A stretch of 63,501 bases of DNA, filler included, from Octopus bimaculoides (lineage: Eukaryota), in assembly GCF_001194135.2 (NCBI RefSeq). It is 9 parts of 9 records of this genome, joined end to end, with 100 filler letters (N's around TTAATTAATTAA, not from the genome) between each part and the next. Parts side by side here need not be neighbours in the genome. Positions count along the whole stretch, not along the records: positions 40,478 to 56,642 come from NC_068993.1; positions 56,743 to 60,975 come from NC_068987.1; positions 61,076 to 63,501 come from NC_068991.1; 6 more parts are not named here. One strand, written 5' to 3'. Positions 53,063 through 63,501 of this stretch are shown here, one piece after another (the stretch's first letter is position 1; every line of letters begins with the position of its first letter). Under the pieces are notes generated by a model. It was not told the origin of the DNA, searched no databases, and saw only the letters and a program-made list of their open reading frames with translations. The position numbers were made by a program, and so were the translations under genes.

Positions 53063-53239
53063 TAGTTGTCGTTTCTTTGTTTTGGCTAAATTTGGTATTT
53101 TTGTTAGTGACAGCAGTAGAATCAATAATGGTAAAACTGGTGCCGATGTTTGGTTCCTAGTGAAATATATTGGCATTTGCATCAGTGGTGGTGTCTACAC
53201 TTGTTGTTGTTGATGTTGCTGCTGCTGCTGCTGTTGTCT

Positions 53240-53350
53240 TTGTTGTGGGTCACCCCAGGTCAGCTCTGATCAAGCAGGCTTAATGAACCAAACACGGTCC
53301 AACCACGGCTTTCCTGTTTCTCTTGTTTTCTTACGCTATACATTTAGGAT
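53240..53350 (-). mobile_element. SINE-like family D tail
   Basis: ccccaggtcagctctgatcaagcag. Confidence 0.6.
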
Positions 53351-53429
53351 CAATAGCGACCAAGTAAAAGTTCTTCTCCGTTCTTGGTAGTGGCAAGAGA
53401 AAGACTGTGGTAAAGCTCATGACGGTTTT

Positions 53430-53627
53430 AATGATGATGATGATGATGGTAATGATGATAATGCTGCTGCTGATAATAATGATGATGAAGATTATGATGA
53501 TGAGGAGGAGGAGAAGGAAGAGGATGTTGTTGATGATGACGATAGTTCAATATATCAATATTGTTTATGGTTTGTAGTCGTCATTATCATCATCACCACC
53601 ACCACCACCACCAGCACCCCTACACCT

Positions 53628-53691
<64 letters not shown>

Positions 53692-53771
53692 CTTCCTTTT
53701 CTTCTGTCCTTTCCTCTTTCTCCTCTTTTTCCTTCTCATTTTCTTTTCCTGCCTCTCTTTTCACCCTCTCA

Positions 53772-53802
<31 letters not shown>

Positions 53803-53907
53803 CTTCTTCTTCTTCAATATCATCATCATCATCGTCACCATCGTTATCATAATCGTCGTCGTCGTGGTCATCATCATCATCATCATCATCAATGCGTCGG
53901 AATCTTA

Positions 53908-53950
<43 letters not shown>

Positions 53951-53960
53951 NNNNNNNNNN

Positions 53961-54000
<40 letters not shown>
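53430..54000. repeat. Compound trinucleotide cluster (GAT, CAC, CTA, CTT, CAT) then (CT)n
   Basis: Directly visible. Confidence 0.95.
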
Positions 54001-54006
<6 letters not shown>

Positions 54007-54274
54007 GTACTTAACTAAAAGATTCCCCTGGCAGTGGATGCCACTATGTGGTGACCTGACCTTTACTGTGTGATGACATTTTGCTCTACAACATCATCAG
54101 CCAATAAGCGAACTCCTTCAGCCAAACCAAAAGGTTTCACATCCTATTGATAAGAACTGATGGAAAAAGACCATTTGGGTTTTCGTAACCAGGTTAAATA
54201 CTCAGAGAAGCTCTCTATTTCTTATCTAGAACAAATGACAGGATATAAACTCCGAGTCACACTTAAATGAAAGT

Positions 54275-54460
54275 CTGTATTTACTCGTGTATAAGCCGCT
54301 TTAGTTTACACTTGATTTGAGCCGGTGAAGAATAGAAGCAAAGACAAAACCTTGGTTGTAGCTTAGACACGGGACAAAGCTATAACTCTGAAGTGAAAAC
54401 AAGTTTGTACCGTGATTTAACACTAAATTATAGGTGCAACGTATATACGAGTAAATACGG
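54275..54460. mobile_element. Small Tc1/mariner-superfamily (pogo/Tc2-like) MITE
   Basis: Termini C(T/C)GTATTTACTCGT(G/A)TATA in inverted orientation; TA at the right end. Confidence 0.6.
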
Positions 54461-54514
54461 TATATATTTACTTATCACTCAAGCAAAAACTAAATCCAGT
54501 GAGGAAACCTCTCC

Positions 54515-54720
54515 GATCACAGGGCCTGCAAGAAATAGCAGCTAAATTCTTTTAATCCACATCGTATCATTTTTGAAAAATGAAGGCTAAGTTGTGTTAT
54601 CAACAAAAGCCGTAAGGGAGAATTAAGTCCTTAGTATAAGAAAATACAGGATGATCATGATTGGAATATCTTTGACCAAAATTTTGCTAACCTGGGGCTA
54701 AGCACGATCAAAAACAACAT
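54515..54720 (+). mobile_element. SINE-like family D
   Basis: gggcctgcaagaaatagcagctaaat..ggatgatcatg..cctggggctaa..aacaac. Confidence 0.65.
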
Positions 54721-55282
54721 CATGTTTACTCTGTTACGGTATTTGAACTCATCTACTTCCCTGATGTAGTCTCCGAGTAATGAAACACTCGTTAAAATTG
54801 AAACGCTCCCGCTACTTATAGCAGTCATCGATAGCTGTTTATGGTACCTATTTTCAAGTTAAATGATTTGAGTCAGTGAGGGTTACTTACGTCGTGGGTT
54901 CTATGAAATTCTGATTGCGATTGCTCGAAATATCGGACCAACACCATCAGGTGTTAGTGTTTGTAGTTCGTTGTAGTTTGATATGAAAAGATTAGGGGGC
55001 CAAATTGTGACGTAGATAGAGTGTGTGTACAACCGCTATCAAACTAGCAAGTATGATTCTCTGTGACTGTATGATCTACTAGAAATAGAAGTCAAATCTC
55101 CCTCAACTACATACTGCTTGTTTTTGAATGATACATTGAATAATGCAGGACATGGAAAAATTGTGATAAAGAATTGAATATCTTTGATCTGCACGTGGAT
55201 GTATAGCCCGCAACTTAACATCATCAATAACAAAATACTCTTTAAATATCGAAGTTTTTATTTGATGGCAAAACTCACACGT

Positions 55283-55580
55283 GTTCCGACTAGCGACAGA
55301 CACGAGTTGGTTTGGACATGATGCACTTCTTGGCCCGGCCAGCGATAGATATGACATGGGTCTTGTCACGGCAAGCGATAAAAACTTCGGCTTTTTTGTG
55401 TCCCGGCAGGCGGTAGATGCGATATAGTTCGTGTCCCGATAAGCGATTGACACAAGCGATAGACAGAACGGGATTTACCTGACCAGCAACAGACACGAGA
55501 TGCGAGGTGTTTCGTTTCCCGACAAGCGACAAGCACGACATATTTCGTGCCCCAGAAAGCGATATATACGCGATGGTTTG
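55283..55580. repeat. Degenerate ~33-bp tandem repeat, ~8 units
   Basis: Recurring core (t)tcgtgtcccg.caagcgatagacacgac. Confidence 0.7.
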
Positions 55581-56029
55581 TCTCACATCCTTACTTCTGT
55601 TTCTTTTGTCTGTCTCAGATTGGTTTTTACACTTCATAAAAGTTCACTTTACTTTGTTAAGTATTCAGTTTGATTTTTTTTTTTATATGTCTTCTCCACT
55701 TTCACCCCACTCCTTCTATACGTCTTACGAATAAACAGTGATTTCTTTTGATGAGATACAAAGCTAAATTTAGAACGGAAGCTGTGTAATCAATTATGAA
55801 AATATACACTTTTTTTTTGTTGCTAAACGTATATTTAAAGAAAAGAAACATTTAAAAAAAACAAACAAACAAATAGTATTTGAAAATTTATTCAATAAAA
55901 CTATTATTGATTATGAAAATAGAATTCAACGAAAATTATTTTATCTTTAAAAAAAATTAGTTTTCAAACTTATCCGTGACAGGTCTCACAAAGTAAAGCC
56001 ACGAGAGTTGCCGTCCATGCGGTTGCATA

Positions 56030-56510
56030 GCTTTGTAAAGATAGCAGCCAAATTTCTTTCGAATCACACCGTATCTACATATCGATATAAGACCAGAAGT
56101 CCACATTGGACAGTGGAGTCATAAACACACAATTGCTTCTGTAAAAAAAGGCCGGATAGTCATAGCTAGAACGTCTGATTGTAGGTCTGGCCATTGTCGG
56201 CTAACTTGTCGCTAGGCAACAGCATTATTAAAAGCTTCAGCAAGAAGGCTTAGGCATATTATCTCTAAAAATAAATAAAGAACCGACGCGAGGGTCGTGG
56301 TTTCAGAGGCTTTGATCGTCGGCCCGGTTATCAAAGCAACCCTTGGAGCTAAATAACAATACCACGATTACAAACACCGTCCCACCTTCACAAAGTGGTA
56401 GTTGGATAATGGGTTCCTAGGTTCTCTGTACATAGAGAAAGGCAGGATGGTCACCGCTTCGGTCATAGGTTTTTTTCTATCAGGACTGACCCGAGGCTAA
56501 ATAACAACAG
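56030..56510 (+). mobile_element. Cluster of SINE-like family D copies/tails
   Basis: atagcagccaaat..gtccacattgg..gtcatagctaga; ggatggtcac..caggactgacccgaggctaaataacaac. Confidence 0.65.
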
Positions 56511-56545
56511 TAAAAGCAACTACGGAGCGATTACTTCTGTGGATC
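56511..56545 (+). CDS. Possible next M13 exon (NYGAI), weak
   Basis: aacag|T AAA AGC AAC TAC GGA GCG ATT ACT TCT GTG GAT C|gtaagt; phase and F-to-NY spacing fit. Against it: the acceptor is in a SINE tail, it is 31 kb downstream, and it diverges after NYGAI. Confidence 0.2.
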
Positions 56546-56742
56546 GTAAGTGGATCCCGAATACATGTGATGGAGCGTTAGTTTTAAGCTATAAAGTGTG
56601 TATATATGTGTGTTATACGTGTGTGTGTGTGTGTGTGTGTGTNNNNNNNNNNNNNNNNNNNNNNNNNNNNNNNNNNNNNNNNNNNNTTAATTAATTAANN
56701 NNNNNNNNNNNNNNNNNNNNNNNNNNNNNNNNNNNNNNNNNN

Positions 56743-56978
56743 CCTTAGGTATAATAAAAAAAAATATTCAGACAAATACATAACAAAAACACCAGGACTT
56801 ACAAATATATGTAACATACAGAAAATTGCACTACTGGGTACTGCACACATTCTACGCAAAACACTTTCAATACAGTAAACATAAGAGCACCACAGCAAAC
56901 CACAGCACATACCCAAGGTGCACAGAGCTGCGCTCGGTAGTGAAGTGAAAGCACGTTATAAAAATAAAACTACTGAAC

Positions 56979-57057
<79 letters not shown>
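56743..57057 (+). mobile_element. Young RLE-LINE 3' end with long (AAT)n tail
   Basis: Reverse complement of 29277-29513 with only a few differences; truncated by a gap. Confidence 0.85.
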
Positions 57058-57058
<1 letters not shown>

Positions 57059-59375
57059 GAAGAAGAAGAACACAACAGCAACAAAGCAGGAAATATATAA
57101 TAAAATGGCGGTTCCACATCAGTTACATTGTCTTCGCAGAAACCATTCTGTTCGTAGTATATCTTGAAGAGGCAGCGTGGTGTAATACAGACGTTTGCAG
57201 TAAATACTCATGAAAGGATTTTAAGTCGGAACGGAATGATCATAATATATTTATCAATTAGACACTGCTTGTATCTATTACATATAACTGGGGCACAGGG
57301 AACTATTAATTGGTTTGGTTCAGCGATAATATGCTGCAGTTCTTGTATATGGAGCCCTTAACTTTTGTCTATTGTTTCAACATCTCTCTTGTATTTAATA
57401 AGTGTATTACCAAATCAAATAAAAGTGGATGAAAAATCTCTTGTTATATTAATGGACGTTCGTCGAATTAGATATGACAAATATTCTTCAGAACTGTAAA
57501 GACTTAACACCCATCACATATAATAGCATAAACTTTAAAAGAATGAGAAAAAGACTGCTGCTTGAGTAATTAATGATTTCAAATGCCGATTCGCTACGTT
57601 GGAGAATTGTTCTTAGGATACACTTTTGACATATCCACGAAAACTTTACAGTCCTTTCTTTAATTGCTTTCAGATAAGTTAAAAATCAGAAGAAACAAAT
57701 GACTTTTAACAGCTAATATAAGTAGAAAGCATTCCAACTGAAATGCTTCAACAGCGAAATTACTTTTTATCGATTTTTCTTTCAACAAGAGAATAATAAC
57801 ATCAACATTTGAACATAGTAATGTAACTAGAGAAATATCGTTTCTACATTTTAATGTTTTTCCACATCATTAGATAGAGATTTAGTTCCCTCTATAGATG
57901 TGTGATTAAAATCTATGTAATATTCACTTCGTAAAATTCGAAAAACCGTACTGAGATCAAGCTGTACAGAATAGCAGGAACATTTCTGCAATATACACTT
58001 TGTTTCAACTTCAAAAATATAAACTTATTCGCGAATATTCTGAAATTTTCTGAGATGTTTCGGGTTGAAAATTATAATACTTAGAATGTCTAATGTATAT
58101 TGATTAAAAGGTCATTACCGAGAGACAACATGAAACTTTCAGTCAATAATTCATCAGTTTTTCATGCGGTTTATAACAGAATTAATGAATCCCAGTAATG
58201 AAGCGTTACCAAATTTATCAAAAGATGATAGATGAAAATCAAAGCTAACCCCAGGAGCATTTCAAATCAAAACAAAAATATAAAACTAAATACTGCAAGC
58301 CAACTTTCAACTAGTTCTGCAATTCTACTATCCACTCCAGTAAATAAATATGAAATTCTAAAATTGGAGCAAAGACAGACAGTTTCAGCGTGCTATGGGC
58401 GATTAAATTGACTATAGTACTTGACGGGAATTTTATTTCTTCGGAATGATTGGAATCAGACACTGGTTGAATTTGAACATTGTTTCTTTATACATACTTT
58501 TAACAACGAAAATGCAAATTTATCATATTGAAGTACTTAGTAGAAATCCACACACTTTAGGAAAGGGTATATCAAATTATATTGAAACCAGCACTTGACT
58601 GACGTTGTATATTTTCGACACAGTAAGGTAGGAAGCTGAACAAAACAAAAATTCCTAAATATTAAATATAAAAGCTCACAGACTCATTCGACACATTATT
58701 TTATTTTATTTTGTCATTTGCTGCAGCGCGTTTATAGCAATATTTATAAAAGTGAACATAATAGAAGAATTAAATGCCAAAATAATAAATGTCGGAATTC
58801 ACACTTATGTTTAGCGCAATATCACGGTTAGTTAAAAGAAAATATTTACATATAAACTTCAACAGAGAGAAACTATTTTCAAGTGATGATATCATAGTGT
58901 AAATAATATCAAAGTTCGGATTAATTCATATGTGAATATTTCACAGGATAAAAACAACACCACTATATGTCTGTTACACTTCTCTCTATATATATTACTT
59001 CTACTTCATCTTCATATCCTATTTACATATTGTCATTCAAAATAACACTTTCAATCTGTAACTTTTGTAAACACCGAGGCACATCGTGCATAGAGAGACA
59101 TTAAACTTCGCGGACACAAACACAAATACATCGCCAACGTGTTTGATTTTGCCCAAGTCAGTTCAGTTCACAATAACAAATGTAACTGTATTGGCATGAA
59201 TGTATATTCAGGAGTGTTTTTTTTTTCCTTCTATATAACTGCCTAATCAGATGTGTGCATACATAACGTTTATATACGTACAAATCAGTAACGATTTCGG
59301 AGTGTAAGTTAAAATCGTTTAAGAGTTAGTGTTTTCTATATCGAGCATCTCTGGATCTCATATGTTGACTCTCTT

Positions 59376-59411
<36 letters not shown>

Positions 59412-61753
59412 TTTCTCTCTCTCTCGCTCTCTTTATCTATCTATCTATCCATCTCTTTCCCCCTCTCTCTCTGTATATGTATTTGTTTTTACTTGTTTCA
59501 GACTGTGGGCATGTGTGCATGCTTGTATGTGACCATGTGTGTGTGCCCATGTATATATATATATTAAATATGAATTAGGCAGCCGTGTAGAATCTCAGTC
59601 ACAATGGCAACTGAAATTTTCCTTTTTAGTTTTATATTGCTTATAGTTGCCTTTGCTATTATATATATATATATACATCAAAATAAGCCACAGGATATCA
59701 AAACGTGATGCAGTACGACCGTTTCTAGCGACTCTATTTAATTGAACAATGCAATCATTACATTAATTTAAATGCAGGGCACAAACAATTAGAATTTTAA
59801 TCAGTCGGATATATATAATTTTACTCAAATACTTTAACAGTGCAAGAAGATAGAAGAAATCCATGTTGTCGCTATTGTTGCTAACAATATACGACACTTC
59901 CAAGAAAATCATGAAACTTACTGGGGTCATAACTTGGAAAAGATTGTGGTTCATTATCAAATACAAAATGTTAGACTAAGGATTGTGTTTGTCTGGAATG
60001 ATTAGGTATGGTCATACATATTGTCAAGATATTAGGAGTAGTAAATTGGGTATAAAGTAACTGTCTATAAAGGAGGCTGGGCAGTGGAAGACTGTAAATC
60101 ATGATATTAATTACCAGTTAAACACACGCACACACACACGCACACATATGTAAAATATTGAATATGTATATATATATATATTCAATATTTTTTATATATA
60201 TGTGTTTGTGTGTGTGTGTGTTGTGGGTGAGACTAAGTAAAATGTAGGATGTGTGAGACTGATTGATTGCAACTTCATTTGAATGTCACGGAAGATATGA
60301 TAATTTGCTGCACGAGTACTCTGCCCTGCAATGTTTCTTAAAGCCGTAATGCGTGTAACCTTGTGAAAGTCATAATGAAACTCCTGTTCCTTTGTCATTC
60401 GTTTCTTGATGTTGCTCAGTTGATCGTCTATTTTAAGTCATAAGTATATTGAATTTTAACTATTGGTGTCTTTGCGCATACTCGAAGTCCTAAAGCACAC
60501 GTGCACGCGCGTACATACACACACATATGTACATATATATCTACATATGTACATATGTATGTATATGTATATATATATATATGTACATACACACACTTGC
60601 AAACACACATATATAATGATATATTGATACTGAATTATACTCCTTTCTTATATAGTTATTCGTATTTCTATCCAGCAAAAACATAAATGAAAATAACATT
60701 AAACAGTAAAACAAACAAAAATGATTACTGCAAGACATTTGAAATGTCAACTTTGTGCTGGAAGTTTCGTCTCTAAACATCATGTAAGCAAAAGCTCTTG
60801 TGTACAATCTTGTCTAGATTTGTGTTTTCCTTGGCTGTATTTTGTATACTGGACATCTGCACATTACTCAAACACAAACAGTATATGTATATATAGATGT
60901 ACATTCATGTGTATATATATATGTTTGTATGTATGTACGTACATACACGCACAATATATATATATATATATATATNNNNNNNNNNNNNNNNNNNNNNNNN
61001 NNNNNNNNNNNNNNNNNNNTTAATTAATTAANNNNNNNNNNNNNNNNNNNNNNNNNNNNNNNNNNNNNNNNNNNNTCATCACAGATTTTCCTCCATGTTT
61101 AACAGTTGGAAGAAGGCAGTCTATATATATATACTGGACATAAACATACGTATATATATGTATGCAGAATATATATATATATATATATATTCTGCGTACA
61201 TATATACGTATGTGTATGTCCAGTATATACACACACAATTTGCACGTGTTGCGACGGAGAAATAAGTTTCAGAAGATAGTACAAGTAAAAGGGGGAAAGA
61301 CGAATAAAAGAACGTTAAAAGTGTACAAAAGAGAGGGGTAATTAGAGAGATGTTGTGATAAAATAAAGGAGTCGGAGAGACTGAGAAAAGGGTAGAGGAA
61401 ATAATAAAAATGGATACAGAGGCAGAGTATGATACCCAAGCATAGAGAAAGGTTGGGAAATTAGGCTAAGATTTGAGGTAGAATTTGAGAGAATAAACAG
61501 CAAGTTGGTCGCAAATACCTCCAAGTATTAGTTTGTTCTCCTCTCAAAGGGAAGATGATTTAATACATCAAAAGTATATTACATGGTTTTTTGATACTTT
61601 ATTCATCTTTATTGTCCATTTTCATGCCACGGGCCATTCTGAACTATTTCTTTTAATTCATATTCGTGTTCGTGCTAAATATTACACGCACATTATATAT
61701 AGATACAACAGAAACACGCACACATATACCTCCCTCTATATATATATATATAT

Positions 61754-61785
<32 letters not shown>

Positions 61786-61804
61786 GCCTACATATATCAA
61801 TATT

Positions 61805-61873
<69 letters not shown>

Positions 61874-62164
61874 NNNNNNNNNNNNNNNNNNNNNNNNNNN
61901 NNNNNNNNNNNNNNNNNNNNNNNNNNNNNNNNNNNNNNNNNNNNNNNNNNNNNNNNNNNNNNNNNNNNNNNNNNNNNNNNNNNNNNNNNNNNNNNNNNNN
62001 NNNNNNNNNNNNNNNNNNNNNNNNNNNNNNNNNNNNNNNNNNNNNNNNNNNNNNNNNNNNNNNNNNNNNNNNNNNNNNNNNNNNNNNNNNNNNNNNNNNN
62101 NNNNNNNNNNNNNNNNNNNNNNNNNNNNNNNNNNNNNNNNNNNNNNNNNNNNNNNNNNNNNNNN

Positions 62165-62203
<39 letters not shown>

Positions 62204-62786
62204 GAGAAAGAGATCGCGTACATACACACACACATTCTTATATAATCTTTTATTGATTGGTCAGTTAATTGCTATCAGCTTCTGTTTGATTAGTAATTAT
62301 TAACTTCGATCAATGAGAACGTTAAAGACATTATCATCATCATCATCATCAACAACAACAACAACAACATTATCAACAACAATGCAGTTTTTGATTGTCG
62401 TTAACAAGCGATACAAGATATCAATTTAGTATTATTTAGTAATTAACGAAATTAATAAGCAGGCAAACACACACGCATATACATTCTTTTGTGAGTGTGG
62501 GGTGTGCGTGTTTTTTCGTTTGTTTGTTCGTCTGTTTGTGTGTGTGTGCGTTTATATGTTTGTTTGTTTTGTTTGTGTGTGCATGTCTGTCTATGTGTGT
62601 GTGTGTGTGTGATTAATAAGAGGAAATATATAGAAACAATTTGTACTGTGCTTGTTAACAATATTTGGATGAAAGAAATTCGATTTGGGAACGTTCGTGT
62701 GTGCGTATAGATAGGGAGCACCCCGTTGTATTATTAATGTTGGCCCATTATCCCCTTTGCTTCACCACCACCAACACCACCGCCAC

Positions 62787-62835
<49 letters not shown>

Positions 62836-63129
62836 GCCGTCGTCGTCGTCGTCGTTGTGGTCGTGGTCGTGGTCGTCACCTTCATCATCGGATGCAGAAA
62901 CAAACACCGTGTGTACGTCTAAAAGCGTGCTTGTGCCCTACGTGATTAGAGTGGGTGAACTCCCTACAAGATGTAGCTACGTTGTCTGATACAAATCGAA
63001 TAATCTCGGTTAAGTGGGTTTCACTTTAAATTCCCTGCGTATTTTCCACTTCCGGCCTGATCCAAACCGGAGTAAATTTACAAAAAAAGAAAAGAACCCC
63101 CACCCAAATGTCCCAAAACATCTTTTAGT

Positions 63130-63420
63130 ACATTTTGTCATTGGGTTGTGGCCATGCTGGAGTACTGTATTCAATAGAACACTCAATTATATGTACCCAG
63201 TACTTGCTGACTGGTATCGCTTATCCTTTACATTAGACTGCGGCCATGCTAGGGCACCACCTTGAAGAATTTCTGTTAGTTGAACGAATTGACTCCGGTA
63301 CTTATTTTCTTTTTAAGCCTGGTACTTATTTGATCGGTTTATTTCGCCGAACCGCTAAGTTAGTGGGACGTAAACACACCAACACCGGTTGTCAAGCGGT
63401 GATGGGGGGGGCGAACACAT
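63130..63420 (-). mobile_element. SINE family A tail with a duplicated end
   Basis: ggccatgct appears twice, then gccgaaccgctaagtt..acaccggttgtcaagcg. Confidence 0.75.
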
Positions 63421-63462
63421 ACTGAAACACACACACACACACACATTATATATGTGTGTATA

Positions 63463-63501
<39 letters not shown>

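Overview
AT-rich, repeat-saturated, gappy animal genomic DNA, most likely an octopus. That is inferred from the SINE families and the extreme microsatellite load, not shown directly. Most ORF-track entries are microsatellite or N-gap artefacts. The one host gene I can support is a plus-strand M13-family metallopeptidase (neprilysin/ECE-like). Three short, phase-compatible exons (18175-18275, 21050-21108, 25099-25150) splice to VLVNDNLYDNNFEYKRAFLRSKMKLFSETDLEDSAIINTFDVNAVYNSMFNTVSIPAAMLQPPMFDMDVA. The upstream exons and the HExxH exon were not found and may lie in gaps or outside the window. The rest is mobile DNA: four tRNA-type SINE families; R4/Dong-clade RLE LINE fragments tied to (TAA)n repeats; a Penelope-like element with a 5' inversion; dead mariner, maT and Chapaev3-like transposons; a possible Helitron remnant; and several MITEs, one with an 8-bp TSD and internal telomere-like repeats. 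There is also a ~2-kb inverted pair of tandem arrays built from a ~130-bp SINE 3' tail. A TTAATTAATTAA linker inside eight gaps is an assembly artefact. I found no convincing new multi-gene system; the best leads are repeat-architecture oddities and a divergent peptidase.
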